Source: Deinococcota bacterium
GTDB taxonomy: Bacteria; Deinococcota; Deinococci; Deinococcales; Thermaceae
Reading direction: 5' to 3'
Length of the DNA stretch: 64,000 nucleotides
Assembly: GCA_041695225.1 (NCBI GenBank)
Contig: JBGFRI010000005.1
Location: 32,001-96,000, forward strand
Shown here: in pieces, positions 54,371 to 64,000 of the stretch
How positions within the stretch are numbered: the first letter of the stretch is position 1
Layout: each line of letters opens with the position of its first letter
The notes under the pieces: model-generated
Databases searched by the model: none
What the model was told of the DNA's origin: nothing
The model's input: only the letters and a program-made list of their open reading frames with translations
Position numbers and translations under genes: made by a program

Positions 54371-55288
54371 TTATCCCAGCTTCACCCTGGGGTCTAGCCA
54401 GGCATAGAGCAGATCGCCAAGTAGCTGCACGGTAATGGCAAAGAAGGCCAGAAAAAGGGTTATGGCCTGCACCAGGGGAAAGTCGGCGTCCTGGATAGCG
54501 GTGTTGAGCAGACTGCCCAGGCCCGGCCAGGCGAAAATGGTCTCGATGTAGATAGAGCCGCCCAGCAGATAGGTAAACTGAATTCCCAGCACGCTAACTA
54601 GCGGAATGGTCACGTTTGGCAGCACGTGCTTGGTGGCGACCCAGAACTCATTCAGGCCCTTGCCCTTGGCAGTGCGAACAAAGTCCGAGCCGCGAACCTC
54701 GAGCACACTCGCACGCACCAGCCTTACCAGCTGCGAGAAGCCGGCCAGCCCCAGCGCCAGCGCGGGCAGAATTAGGGACGCGGGGTTGTCCCGGCCAAAG
54801 GAGGGCAGCCAGCCCAGCTCTACTGCAAACAGCAGGATTAGCAGCATTGCCAGCAGAAAACTTGGCACAACCTGGCCCGAGAAAGCCAGCCACTGTACCA
54901 GCCGGTCAGCCAGGGTTGCCGGCCTGAACCCCGCGATAAGTCCCAACGGGACCGCCATGACCAGCACCAGTAACAGAGCTGCCAGGGCCAGCTCGAGGGT
55001 GACCGGTAAGCGCTGCCAGATTAGCTCGAGGTTGGGCTGCCGGGTACTAAGCGACAAGCCCAGATCACCCCGGACAAGGCTGGCCAGGTAGTTGTAAAAC
55101 TGCTCCCACAAGTGCCCGTCCAGGCCCATCTCGGCCCGGAAAGCAGCGCGCTGTTCGGGGCCAGCTTCCTTGGGGAGCATCAGCGCTACCGGGTCGCCGG
55201 TGAGCCGCACCATGAAGAAGACCAGAAATAAAGCGCCCAGCATCAGCATTAGCGACTGTGCCAGGCGAAAGACGAGGTAGTGAATCAT
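54371..55288 (-). CDS. Peptide/nickel-type ABC permease (OppB/DppB-like)
   Basis: GDLGLS, RLPVTLEL, RTAKGKGL, ETIFAWPGLG. Confidence 0.93.
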   Translation of the reverse strand: MIHYLVFRLAQSLMLMLGALFLVFFMVRLTGDPVALMLPKEAGPEQRAAFRAEMGLDGHLWEQFYNYLASLVRGDLGLSLSTRQPNLELIWQRLPVTLELALAALLLVLVMAVPLGLIAGFRPATLADRLVQWLAFSGQVVPSFLLAMLLILLFAVELGWLPSFGRDNPASLILPALALGLAGFSQLVRLVRASVLEVRGSDFVRTAKGKGLNEFWVATKHVLPNVTIPLVSVLGIQFTYLLGGSIYIETIFAWPGLGSLLNTAIQDADFPLVQAITLFLAFFAITVQLLGDLLYAWLDPRVKLG

Positions 55289-55315
55289 TGATAGGGTCTT
55301 GAGCTTACTCCCGGT

Positions 55316-56851
55316 TTAGCGCACACTTACTCCCTTGAGGAAAAACTCCTCGGCGGCGCGGGGGCGGTAGTTTTGAACTCGAGCATTAACTGCCTCGAAG
55401 ACCACCAACTGGTATAGATACGCAAAGGGGGGCTCGTCGAACATGCGCCGCTGAATCTGGCGGTAGACGGCAGCGCGAGCGGTACGGTCAACGGTCGTGC
55501 TGGCCTGGGTAATCAGACGGTACAGCTCGGCGTCCTCCCAGGTGTTGAAGAAGGCTCCCGGGGTTAGTGCACCAATCAGGCGGGGCAGGGCTTCGCCCAC
55601 CGTAGACGACCAGCTGTCTACATACATTGGCCCCACCGCGCCATAGCGCTCCTGGCTCCAGAAGGCGGCGCTGGTTCTGAACTCGAGGGTGAGGTCAATT
55701 CCCACCCTGGCCAGGTCGCGCTGAATCGCCAGGCAGACCTCGTTGATGTGCACATAGGCATCGGCCGGGCAGCCCATGCTGATACTGAAGCCACGCTCGA
55801 ACCCGGCCTGGGCCAGTAGCTGTCTGGCCCGCTCCGGATTAAAGGGGAAAGGCTGTATGCTGGCGTCAAAGCCCAGATTGCCCTCAACCACAAAGCCCGA
55901 GATGAGCCTGGCGTGCCCACCGAAGATGGCCTGGATAATTCCCGGGCGGTTGATGGCATAGTTGATGGCCCGCCGCACCTCCACCCTTTCCAGGGGTGTT
56001 CCTCTGCCATTGCCCACATTCTTAAAACCGACGTAAAACACCCGGTCGTTGGGGTAGTTGATAACCCGGACCCGGGGGTTGTTCTGCAGAGGGGTTACCA
56101 GGCCGGAGGTCAGGCGAAGGGCAATATCTACCTCTCCAGTACGCACTGCGGCCACCCGGGTGGTAGCATCGGGGATTACCCGGAAGACAACCCGCGCCAG
56201 CCGGGGCAGGCCCGGTTCGAAGTAGTTAGCATTGGCCTCGAGGACGATCCGGTCTCCGGCCACACGGGAAAGAAAGCGGAAAGGCCCGGTGCCTACTGGG
56301 CGGGCGGCAAACCCGTCGAGCCCAACCTGTCTGATGTAAACAGGGGGCACCATGGCCCAGTTGTTGGCAAGTATGTTGAGAAAAAGGGCGTTAGGAGCAG
56401 CTAGCACCAGGGTGACGCTGGTAGGAGAGTTGACCCGGACCTCTCTTACCAGGCTGTACATCTCGGCATATTCGTTAGACTCGTCGCGGCCTGTTTCCCA
56501 GGTAGCCACTACACTCTGGGCATCAAATAACTCTCCGTTGTGAAATCTGACCCCGGTCCGCAGGGTGAAGGTGAACTCTCTACCGTCTGGCGAAACGCTC
56601 CAGCGGGTAGCCAGGTCGGGCGCAATCTCACCCTGGTCGTTGACCCAGACCAGTGAGTTATACATCTGCCAGGCCACATTATGGGCGGTACGGTCGGGAG
56701 CACGTGGCACAAACAGGCTTCTGGGGTCGTTGGGCAGGGCTATGGTCAGCTGGCCGCTGGGGCGGGGCGCCGCGGTCTGGGCCATAACTGCCGGTGTCAG
56801 CAGCAGAACCATCCAAAGTAGAACCAGGTAAGGCTTGACGAACTGTGACAT
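55316..56851 (-). CDS. Family 5 ABC substrate-binding protein (OppA/DppA-like)
   Basis: PDLATRW..TFTLR.GVRFHNG, PVGTGPF, VRRAINYAINR. Confidence 0.93.
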   Translation of the reverse strand: MSQFVKPYLVLLWMVLLLTPAVMAQTAAPRPSGQLTIALPNDPRSLFVPRAPDRTAHNVAWQMYNSLVWVNDQGEIAPDLATRWSVSPDGREFTFTLRTGVRFHNGELFDAQSVVATWETGRDESNEYAEMYSLVREVRVNSPTSVTLVLAAPNALFLNILANNWAMVPPVYIRQVGLDGFAARPVGTGPFRFLSRVAGDRIVLEANANYFEPGLPRLARVVFRVIPDATTRVAAVRTGEVDIALRLTSGLVTPLQNNPRVRVINYPNDRVFYVGFKNVGNGRGTPLERVEVRRAINYAINRPGIIQAIFGGHARLISGFVVEGNLGFDASIQPFPFNPERARQLLAQAGFERGFSISMGCPADAYVHINEVCLAIQRDLARVGIDLTLEFRTSAAFWSQERYGAVGPMYVDSWSSTVGEALPRLIGALTPGAFFNTWEDAELYRLITQASTTVDRTARAAVYRQIQRRMFDEPPFAYLYQLVVFEAVNARVQNYRPRAAEEFFLKGVSVR

Positions 56852-57004
56852 ATTTTCTCCTCTAAAAAAGCAGATTAACGGCTCAACTCAGTAAACCTAG
56901 TGGAAGTCTTGCGGGCCAGCGTCAGGAGATTTTCATCTCCTAGCCAATCTTCAAATGACACGAGAAATTTGTCTGTCTGGAAAACGCCTCACACCCGTTT
57001 GAGC

Positions 57005-57035
57005 TGACCCCGGCCTGACAGCAGCTCTCTAATCT
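57005..57035 (+). promoter_or_regulatory. Candidate Pho box and -10 for leaderless phnC copy 2
   Basis: TGACC-N6-TGACA-N9-TAATCT, 6 nt before ATG. Confidence 0.65.
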
Positions 57036-57041
57036 ACGCTC

Positions 57042-57842
57042 ATGACTCAGCCCTTCATCCGGTTAGAGCAGGTGACTCAGCGCTTTGGCAACGGTACGGT
57101 AGCGCTCTCTGATATCAATCTGGACTTCTGCACCGACCGCTTTGCGGTACTGATTGGCCCTTCGGGGGCAGGAAAGTCTACTCTGATGCGCCTGCTTAAT
57201 GGGCTGCTGCGTCCAACCCAGGGCCGCGTGTTTTTGGGCGATCTGGAGCTTTCCCGGGCTTCCGAGGCCAGGGTGCGTCAGGCCCGGCGTCAGATTGGCA
57301 TGGTCTTTCAGCAGTTCAATCTGGTCAAGCGCCTCACCGCGCTGGAAAATGTGCTGACGGGCCGGCTGGGGTATATGAACCCACTGGCCTCGAGCCTCAA
57401 GCTGTATAGGCGTAGCGACCGCGAGCTGGCCATGTTTCTACTCGAGCGGGTGGGCCTGGCCGACCAGGCCTGGCAGCGGGCCGACACCCTCTCGGGGGGC
57501 CAGCAGCAGCGGGTGGGCATCGCCCGGGCCTTAGCCCAGGAGCCGCGCCTGATTCTGGCCGATGAGCCGATCTCGGCCCTGGACCCCAAGAGCGCAGAGC
57601 AGGTGATGGAGATCCTGCGCGATATCCAGAGCCAGGACGGCATCGCGGTAATCTGCAACCTGCACCACCTCGAGACCGTGCGCCACTACGCCGACCGGGT
57701 AGTAGCGCTCAAACGGGGCCGGGTGGTCTTCGACGGCCCAGCTGCCGGGCTGGACTCCGAGGTCTCCCACTCGCTTTACTACGACGAGACTACCCAAGCA
57801 GAGCAAGTACCCGCACTTACGCCGCAGTTCAGCCCAGCGTAA
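57042..57842 (+). CDS. phnC: Phosphonate ABC transporter ATPase, copy 2
   Basis: Same motifs as copy 1; close paralogue. Confidence 0.93.
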   Translation: MTQPFIRLEQVTQRFGNGTVALSDINLDFCTDRFAVLIGPSGAGKSTLMRLLNGLLRPTQGRVFLGDLELSRASEARVRQARRQIGMVFQQFNLVKRLTALENVLTGRLGYMNPLASSLKLYRRSDRELAMFLLERVGLADQAWQRADTLSGGQQQRVGIARALAQEPRLILADEPISALDPKSAEQVMEILRDIQSQDGIAVICNLHHLETVRHYADRVVALKRGRVVFDGPAAGLDSEVSHSLYYDETTQAEQVPALTPQFSPA

Positions 57843-57903
57843 GCCCGGCCAATACTGGGGCCTGACAAATCAGCTTTAGCTTGAGCATTGGGAGGAGATT
57901 CTG

Positions 57904-58788
57904 ATGAAAAATATGCTTGTTCTGTTACTGGCTTTGGTACTCTCTTCGATGGCCCTGGCCCAGGCAGTAGACCGCACCGGCTGGCCCCGCGAGATCACTT
58001 TTGCCACCGTACCTACCGAGACCGTCCGCGACGCCACCCTGCGCTGGCAGCCCTTCATTGACCATCTGCAGCAGCGGCTGGGTGTCCGGGTGGTCTTCCG
58101 TCCCGGCGCCGATTATGCCGCAGTGACCATCGCCATGGCCAACCGCCAGGTAGATGTGGCCTATTTTGGCCCGGCCTCCTACCTCGACGCCGTAACCCAG
58201 GCCGGCGCCCAGGCCTTCGCCAAAGAAGACTCGGTCACCGGAGGAGACGGGTACTACAGCCTGATTATTGCCCGGCGCGGCGGCCCCATCCGCACCCTGG
58301 CCGACGCCCGGGGCCAGCCTTTCGCCTTTGTGGACGTTGGCTCTACCTCTGGCTTTAGGGTACCCATGCACGACTTCTGCACCCGGCTCAATATCGAGCC
58401 CACCCAGTACTTTAGCCGGATCTTTTTTGCCGGTACTCACCAGAACGTGATTCTGGGGGTTGCCAACGGCACCATCCCGGTAGGCGCCACCTTCGACCTA
58501 GGGGTCATCGCCGCTACCCGCGAAGGCCGGATCAGGGGGCTGGAGCAAGAGTTTTATGTTCTGCACCGCTCGGCCAGAATTCCTTCCTCACCCCTGGCCT
58601 ACCGCCGCGACCTGCCCGCAACCCTCAGGCGTGAGATTCAGCGGGCCATCCTGGAGTTCAACAACCCCGAGTGGTTTGCTGGGCTGGGGCTGCGGCGCTT
58701 TGTGGCTGCCACCCCAGAAGAGTACGAGTCCTTCCGGCCAGTGGTCGCCTTCCGCACATCCACCTGCCCGCCGCGCAGAGCCCCATGA
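57904..58788 (+). CDS. phnD: Phosphonate/phosphite ABC substrate-binding protein, copy 2
   Basis: Signal peptide, FATVPTE, DY, STSGFRVP, GTHQ. Confidence 0.92.
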   Translation: MKNMLVLLLALVLSSMALAQAVDRTGWPREITFATVPTETVRDATLRWQPFIDHLQQRLGVRVVFRPGADYAAVTIAMANRQVDVAYFGPASYLDAVTQAGAQAFAKEDSVTGGDGYYSLIIARRGGPIRTLADARGQPFAFVDVGSTSGFRVPMHDFCTRLNIEPTQYFSRIFFAGTHQNVILGVANGTIPVGATFDLGVIAATREGRIRGLEQEFYVLHRSARIPSSPLAYRRDLPATLRREIQRAILEFNNPEWFAGLGLRRFVAATPEEYESFRPVVAFRTSTCPPRRAP

Positions 58789-59609
58789 CCCGTACTAGCG
58801 CCCCCATCAACCCACCTTCAGCAGTCAGAACCCGGATCCTCTGGAACCGGGTTCTGTGGCTTGGCATCCTGGGCATTCTGGTCTGGGCCAGTTTTGGCAC
58901 CGAGATCAGCCCCCAGCGTCTTTTGGATGGGCTGGAGCGTAGCTGGCTACTTATTGTGGGAGACCCCGCGCGCCCGGGCAGCGGCTTTTTCCCTCCCGAC
59001 ACCTCGCGCCTGGCCGAGTACGTGAACGAGATGATCATCACCGTCAAGATGGCCATCTGGGGCACCGCCCTGGCGCTGCCGCTGGCCCTGCCGCTGGCCA
59101 TAATGGGCGCGGTGAACACCAGCCCGCACCCCCTGTTCTACCAGTTCTTCCGCCGGATTTCCGATTTTTTGCGGGGCCTCAACGAGTTTGTGCTGGCCTT
59201 GATTTTTGTAGCGGCGGTGGGGCTGGGGCCTTTTCCGGGGATTCTGGCCCTGGCCCTCTATACCGCCGGGGTGCTGGCCAAGCTCTTTTCCGAGGCCATC
59301 GAGGTGGTAGACCCCGGCCAGGTCGAAGCAGTGCGGGCCACCGGGGCCAACGGCCTGCAGGTCTTTACCCACGGGGTCTGGCCGCAGGTTGTTCCTACCG
59401 TGATCTCCATGACCCTTTACCGTTTTGAGTCCAATGTGCGAGCCGCTACCGTGCTGGGCCTGGTGGGGGCTGGCGGGATTGGGCTCTTTCTGACCGAGGC
59501 CATGCGCTCCTTCAATTTCCAGGCCGCCACCACGGTAATCCTGGTAATCCTGGTAGCGGTAATTAGCGTGGACTACCTGAGCGCCAAAATCCGGCAGCGC
59601 CTGACCTGA
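58785..59609 (+). CDS. phnE: Phosphonate ABC permease, copy 2
   Basis: AVGLGPFPG, KLFSEAIE, YRFESNVR. Confidence 0.93.
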   Translation: MTRTSAPINPPSAVRTRILWNRVLWLGILGILVWASFGTEISPQRLLDGLERSWLLIVGDPARPGSGFFPPDTSRLAEYVNEMIITVKMAIWGTALALPLALPLAIMGAVNTSPHPLFYQFFRRISDFLRGLNEFVLALIFVAAVGLGPFPGILALALYTAGVLAKLFSEAIEVVDPGQVEAVRATGANGLQVFTHGVWPQVVPTVISMTLYRFESNVRAATVLGLVGAGGIGLFLTEAMRSFNFQAATTVILVILVAVISVDYLSAKIRQRLT

Positions 59610-59610
59610 T

Positions 59611-60774
59611 ATGTGGCTTACCAATCTGCAAATTGTCCTTCCCGAGGGTGTAATCGAGACCGGCTCGTTACGCCTCGAGGGTGAACTCATCGCCGAAGTC
59701 TTGGAGGGGGACGTGTCGGGCGGTCTGGACTGCGGTGGCCTGACCGCCATTCCCGGCATTGTGGATGTGCATGGGGATATGCTCGAGCGCGAGCTGCAGC
59801 CCCGCCCCGGCAGCCATTTTCCCTTCGAGCTGGCCCTGCACGAACTCGACAAGCGCCTGGTCTCCAACGGCATCACCACCGCCTACGCGGCCATCTCCTT
59901 TATCGAGGGCTGGAAGTACCGTGGCCCCGAGGAGGGCCTGGCCATCATCCACCAGATTCACCGCTACCGCCATACCCTGCTGAGCGAGCTACGGGTACAC
60001 GCCCGCTTCGAGGTGACCACCCCCAGCGCCGCGCCGATCCTGCGAGAAGCGGTAGGCCAGGGTGAGATACACCTGGTCTCGCTGATGGACCACTCCCCCG
60101 GCCAGGGCCAGTTCCGTGACCTCGAGCAGTATGTGGCCTACTACCGCAAATGGATTGGGGCGAGCCCAGAACAAGACGAACAGATCCGGGCCAGGGCCGC
60201 CAAACTACGGGATGCCCCTTCGGCCTGGCCCATCGCCCAGGAGGTCTGCGCGGTAGCCCAGGCCTCGGGGGTGCCGCTGGCCTCGCACGACGACGACACC
60301 GCCAAAAAGGTGGCTCTAATGTCCGGTCTGGGCGTTAGTATCAGCGAGTTTCCGGTTAGCCTCGAGGCCGCTGCCGAGGCCAAGCAGCGCGGTATGTGGG
60401 TGGTGATGGGCGCACCCAACGCCTTCCGGGGCGGCTCGCACTCGGGCAACCTGAGTGCTCTGGAAGGAATCCAGGCCGGTCTGGTAGACGGGCTGGCCGC
60501 CGACTACCACCCTTCCTCGCTGCTCCAGAGCGCCTTCAAGCTGGCTGCCGAGGGAGTGCTGCCCCTCGAGCGGGCCGTGGGGCTGGTCTCGCAGAACCCC
60601 GCAGCCATGACGGGCCTGCACGACCGGGGGCGGCTAGAAGCAGGGCTGCGAGCCGACCTTGCCCTGGTAGAAGTGGGCAGCTATGCCCGGGTTCGGGCCA
60701 CCCTGCGGGCTGGCCGCCTGGTCTACAGCGACGGCGCCCTTGGGCTGCCCAGCCGGAATGTTCTGCCCGGTTAG
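59611..60774 (+). CDS. phnM: PhnM paralogue, copy 2
   Basis: DVHGD, MDHSPGQGQF, ASHDD, SEFP, GGSHSGN. Confidence 0.93.
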   Translation: MWLTNLQIVLPEGVIETGSLRLEGELIAEVLEGDVSGGLDCGGLTAIPGIVDVHGDMLERELQPRPGSHFPFELALHELDKRLVSNGITTAYAAISFIEGWKYRGPEEGLAIIHQIHRYRHTLLSELRVHARFEVTTPSAAPILREAVGQGEIHLVSLMDHSPGQGQFRDLEQYVAYYRKWIGASPEQDEQIRARAAKLRDAPSAWPIAQEVCAVAQASGVPLASHDDDTAKKVALMSGLGVSISEFPVSLEAAAEAKQRGMWVVMGAPNAFRGGSHSGNLSALEGIQAGLVDGLAADYHPSSLLQSAFKLAAEGVLPLERAVGLVSQNPAAMTGLHDRGRLEAGLRADLALVEVGSYARVRATLRAGRLVYSDGALGLPSRNVLPG

Positions 60775-60940
60775 GGGTCTTTTGGGCCGCCCCAAACAAT
60801 GCTTGCTAGAGGAAAAGTTGATAGTTTTCTGTGGCCTCTCCAAGAAGGGAGTACAGGCGCGTCGTCATTGCAGAAACCATAGATTAATCACCCTCGTCTT
60901 CGACCACTCCGTTGATTAATCCATACAGACCACGCCCTCG

Positions 60941-60999
60941 GTCAAGTTGCGTTTATGCCATCCTGGATTGCTTCGTCGGCTTGCAGCCTCCTCGCAATG
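60941..60999 (-). repeat. REP/RPE-like unit, inverted copy of 53232-53290
   Basis: Reverse complement reads cattgcgaggaggctgcaagccgacgaagcaatccaggatggcataaacgcaacttgac. Confidence 0.85.
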
Positions 61000-61087
61000 C
61001 GAGTGGCTTAGAGCCTTTGACGCTATGTCCCTCCTCCTCTTTATTCTCTACCTCTATGCGAGGTTCTTCCTTTATATGACAAAGGAA

Positions 61088-61165
61088 GCTGATAGCCGAT
61101 AGCTGAGCGCTCATAGCAAAAACCGCTTTTAGCTATCCGCTATAAGCTATGAACTATTAGCCATC
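61088..61165. repeat. Heptamer-repeat hairpin (gctgata type)
   Basis: gctgata-gccgata-gctgagc-gctcata ... gctatcc-gctataa-gctatga-actatta-gccat. Confidence 0.75.
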
Positions 61166-61237
61166 TGAGGGGCCTGCGGTCTCCCAGGGAAGGCCTCGAG
61201 CTTGCCAGCCGCTACACCTTGGGTAGACTTTAGCTGG

Positions 61238-61657
61238 ATGGATATTCCCTTTCCGGTCTACCTGATTGGACTGCGCGGCCTGCTAAACCTGGTTGCGCTG
61301 ATCCTGATTGGGGTATCGCTGTTAGTCAACCTGCGGCTACTGGTGCAGGAGCCCAGACCCCAGCAGTTGCGCTTCTTTGGCTTCGTCACCAACTTGGTCA
61401 TGATTGCGCTCATTTTCGAGCTGATAATTCGCACCCTATTTATGGGCGGGGTGATCTGGCTCAGCGCCCTTTATGGCCTCATGGTGGCAATGATCTTCTG
61501 GGCAGTAGGGGGCTTGAAACCCGAGGGCTGGCTGGTCAAAAGCCTGCGCAGGCCGCCTGAACGGGTCGGGCCTTATTTTTTCTGGGCCAGTTTTGTGAGC
61601 TTGCTGCTCTGGTGGCGGTATATCGAGACTGGAATTGTGCGGGCTACTGGCCCGTGA
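61238..61657 (+). CDS. Hypothetical membrane protein
   Basis: About four TM helices; -10-like TAGACT just upstream of the ATG. Confidence 0.75.
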   Translation: MDIPFPVYLIGLRGLLNLVALILIGVSLLVNLRLLVQEPRPQQLRFFGFVTNLVMIALIFELIIRTLFMGGVIWLSALYGLMVAMIFWAVGGLKPEGWLVKSLRRPPERVGPYFFWASFVSLLLWWRYIETGIVRATGP

Positions 61658-62789
61658 GCCTCGAGTGAATGTCCAAAGCGATGCGCCGAGCAGCCCCTGG
61701 CTCGCCCATAGCGGCTTTTCCGGCGGCCCTGGCCTTCTGGCGCAACTCTTCTGAGGAAATAAATTCGCGCACCCCCTTTGCGATAGCCTCGGGGTCTGGC
61801 TCGGTGAGCAGCAGGGCATCTCCCAGTAGCTGCTTCTGCCGCTGGGCAAAAGCAAGAGTGTACTGCGGCCCCCCAGTCGGGAAAGCCACCACCGGAACGC
61901 CGTAACCAGCGGCCTGCTCGGCTGCGGTTCCGCTGGTGGAGATGGCTGCCCGGGAGCCCAGCAAGACTGTCTTGAAGGCTTTCTGGGCCAGATGCACCAC
62001 CGTTCCGTCGGGGTGAGTAAAAAGGTGGGTCAGACCCTCCTTGGCACCGGTATCCTCCAGACACCAGCCTTCCACCGCAGCCAGGGGCAGACCGGCCCAG
62101 GCCACCACTGGTGTCAGGCCCAGGGATTTTAGCTCTCGGCTGGCCTCGAGCATTATGGGCAGGCTCTGATAGGCGTCGCTGCGCGAACCCGGCAGCAGCA
62201 GCAAGTAAGGCGGTTCGACCCCGATGGGCACACCCTCAAGCGCATCCAGCATGGGGTTACCAAGGTACTCCGCGCCCGGCACCCCGTTACGCCGGAGCCA
62301 GTCGGCCCCTTCGGCCTCGCGGGGGTAAACCCCCACTGCCCGGCGCATCAGGAAGCGCTCGAGCGCACTGTAGGGCCGGCGAAAACTATCGCACTGCCAG
62401 ACCCGTACCGAGACCAGGCACTGCATCTGAAACAGCGGAGGTTTGCCAAAGACACTACCCACCAGGATGCCGTAGATGTCGCCCACTACCAGGGTAGCCA
62501 CGGCCCGGCGGGCGGCCCGCCGCACCGCCTTATACTGTGCCAGACTCATGGAGAGCCAGCCTGCTTTCAAGTCGTGCCAGAAAGCCGCTGGTCGGTCTAA
62601 CACAAATCCGCCGGAAGGCAATTCCTTGCGCGGGCCCAGGGGCTCAACACCCGTGCTCCGATACGCAGTACCCTTGCCAACCAGCGGTACCGCCTGCACC
62701 CCATAGCCCAGCGCCATCAGCTCCCTGGCCATGGCGGCCCCGATGATATCCTCGCCGTGCCCGTTGGATATGATCACAATATTCTTCAT
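61644..62789 (-). CDS. Lipid-A-disaccharide synthase-related protein (GT-B fold)
   Basis: ISNGHGED, PLVG.G, LPSGGF, GNPMLD, LLPGSR, GTAAEQ. Confidence 0.88.
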   Translation of the reverse strand: MKNIVIISNGHGEDIIGAAMARELMALGYGVQAVPLVGKGTAYRSTGVEPLGPRKELPSGGFVLDRPAAFWHDLKAGWLSMSLAQYKAVRRAARRAVATLVVGDIYGILVGSVFGKPPLFQMQCLVSVRVWQCDSFRRPYSALERFLMRRAVGVYPREAEGADWLRRNGVPGAEYLGNPMLDALEGVPIGVEPPYLLLLPGSRSDAYQSLPIMLEASRELKSLGLTPVVAWAGLPLAAVEGWCLEDTGAKEGLTHLFTHPDGTVVHLAQKAFKTVLLGSRAAISTSGTAAEQAAGYGVPVVAFPTGGPQYTLAFAQRQKQLLGDALLLTEPDPEAIAKGVREFISSEELRQKARAAGKAAMGEPGAARRIALDIHSRLTGQ

Positions 62790-63814
62790 GATGCCTGGGT
62801 TAGCCTGACCAGTCGCTCTAATAACTCTAGCCCTGCACCCTGGTCCAACAGTTGCTGGGCAAGCTGCACCCCCTCGGCGATGCTCTCGGCCCTGCCCGCC
62901 AGGTAGAAAGCCGCGCCTGCGTTCAGCGCTACTGCGTCACGCTTGGCCCCCTGCTGCTGGCCGGCCAGGATGGCCCGGGCCTCGAGTGCGTTCTGGGCAG
63001 CGGTGCCCCCGCCGACTGCTTCATAGGGAGCTGGCTGGAGTCCCACCATCTCCGGTGTAAGTGTGTAGGATTTGACCTGGCCACCCCGCAATTCTGCCAC
63101 CTGGTTCTGGCCAAGGACCAGTTCGTCTATGGCCTCGAGCCGCCCCCCACGCTCCATCTGCCCGTGCACCACCAGGGCCCGTTCAGAGCCCAGGTTGTGC
63201 AGCACTCTAGCAAAAGGTTCCACCAGCCCCGGGCTGCTCACCCCCACCAGGTTAAGGGTGGCCAGGGCCGGGTTGGTGAGCGGCCCCAGCAGGTTAAAGA
63301 CTGTACGCACCCCCAGCTCGGCCCGCACCGGGGCCACGTGGCGCATGGCCGGGTGGTGGTTGCGGGCAAAGAGGAAGCCCAGTCCGAGGGTTTCGATGGC
63401 CTCGGTTACTCTGGCAACTGGAAGGTCAATTTTGATGCCCAGAGCCTCGAGCAGATCAAACGAGCCCGACTTAGAAGAAGCCGCCCGGTTGCCGTGCTTG
63501 GCAACCGGCACGCCCCCCGCCGCGACCACGAAGCAGGTGGTAGTAGAGATGTTGAAGGCCTCGGGCGCAACCCCGCCGGTGCCTACAATGTCCAGCAGCG
63601 GCTGACGGCTGGTCTTGACCCGCACGGCTGCCTCGCGCATCCCAGCGGCAAAACCGGTTATCTCCTCGAGGGTCTCGCCCCTGGTGCGCAGAGTCATCAA
63701 AACTCCCGCGGTCTGGATGGGGGTCAGGTCGCCACCCATTATGCGGTTCATCAGCGCCTGGGCCTCGGTTCGAGATAAGGTCTCGCCGGACAGGACCCTC
63801 CTCAGATCGTCCAT
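62786..63814 (-). CDS. trpD: Anthranilate phosphoribosyltransferase
   Basis: DIVGTGG, FNISTT, KHGNRAASSKSGS, RTVFNLLGPLTNP. Confidence 0.96.
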   Translation of the reverse strand: MDDLRRVLSGETLSRTEAQALMNRIMGGDLTPIQTAGVLMTLRTRGETLEEITGFAAGMREAAVRVKTSRQPLLDIVGTGGVAPEAFNISTTTCFVVAAGGVPVAKHGNRAASSKSGSFDLLEALGIKIDLPVARVTEAIETLGLGFLFARNHHPAMRHVAPVRAELGVRTVFNLLGPLTNPALATLNLVGVSSPGLVEPFARVLHNLGSERALVVHGQMERGGRLEAIDELVLGQNQVAELRGGQVKSYTLTPEMVGLQPAPYEAVGGGTAAQNALEARAILAGQQQGAKRDAVALNAGAAFYLAGRAESIAEGVQLAQQLLDQGAGLELLERLVRLTQAS

Positions 63815-64000
63815 TGTTCCTCCCGAATGGGCCGAATGGGCAGCCGCCAGCCGCTCAGGACCCCCCGCCAAAGCGCACCCACGCTGGCCCAGCGACGGCG
63901 CAGGCTGTACTCGAGCGTCCAGAACAGGGTGTAACCCGCCACCGCCAGGTACGAGTTGGGCGCGTGCTTGCGGAACAGGAGGGTGTTGTTAACAGCAAGT
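63802..64000 (-). CDS. C-terminal part of a CDS running off the window (possibly a family 2 glycosyltransferase)
   Basis: Open frame 63999-63802: NNTLLFRKHAP..ALWRGVLSGWR; overlaps the trpD start. Confidence 0.55.
   Translation of the reverse strand, partial: LAVNNTLLFRKHAPNSYLAVAGYTLFWTLEYSLRRRWASVGALWRGVLSGWRLPIRPIREEQWTI

Overview
High-GC bacterial chromosomal window. Gene style, frequent leaderless starts and abundant CTCGAG suggest Deinococcota, probably Meiothermus-like (inference). Housekeeping genes include a polyprenyl synthase, pspA, dxs, hrpB, dnaK-grpE-dnaJ, pyrD, moaA, apgM, trmH, hisG, an RsuA-family synthase, ppa, gyrB and trpD. Three accessory regions stand out. (1) An integrase-less integron cassette array at about 21.6-23.8 kb (ParE/RelE-type TA, nitrilase-family hydrolase, hicBA) has attC sites and two copies of a ~128-bp attI-like element. 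(2) A frameshifted secreted alkaline phosphatase lies near phoD. (3) A ~19-kb phosphonate island (phnGHIJK, acetyltransferase, metallophosphoesterase, phnL, phnM, two phnCDE sets, an ATPase-less Opp-type transporter, second phnM) shares a candidate Pho box. Its PhnJ is otherwise intact but has lost three of the four cysteines that define the radical-SAM C-P lyase, which suggests a non-canonical C-P lyase-like system. Several dispersed REP/MITE-like repeat families and one structured-RNA candidate occupy intergenic spaces. No tRNA, rRNA or CRISPR array was recognised.
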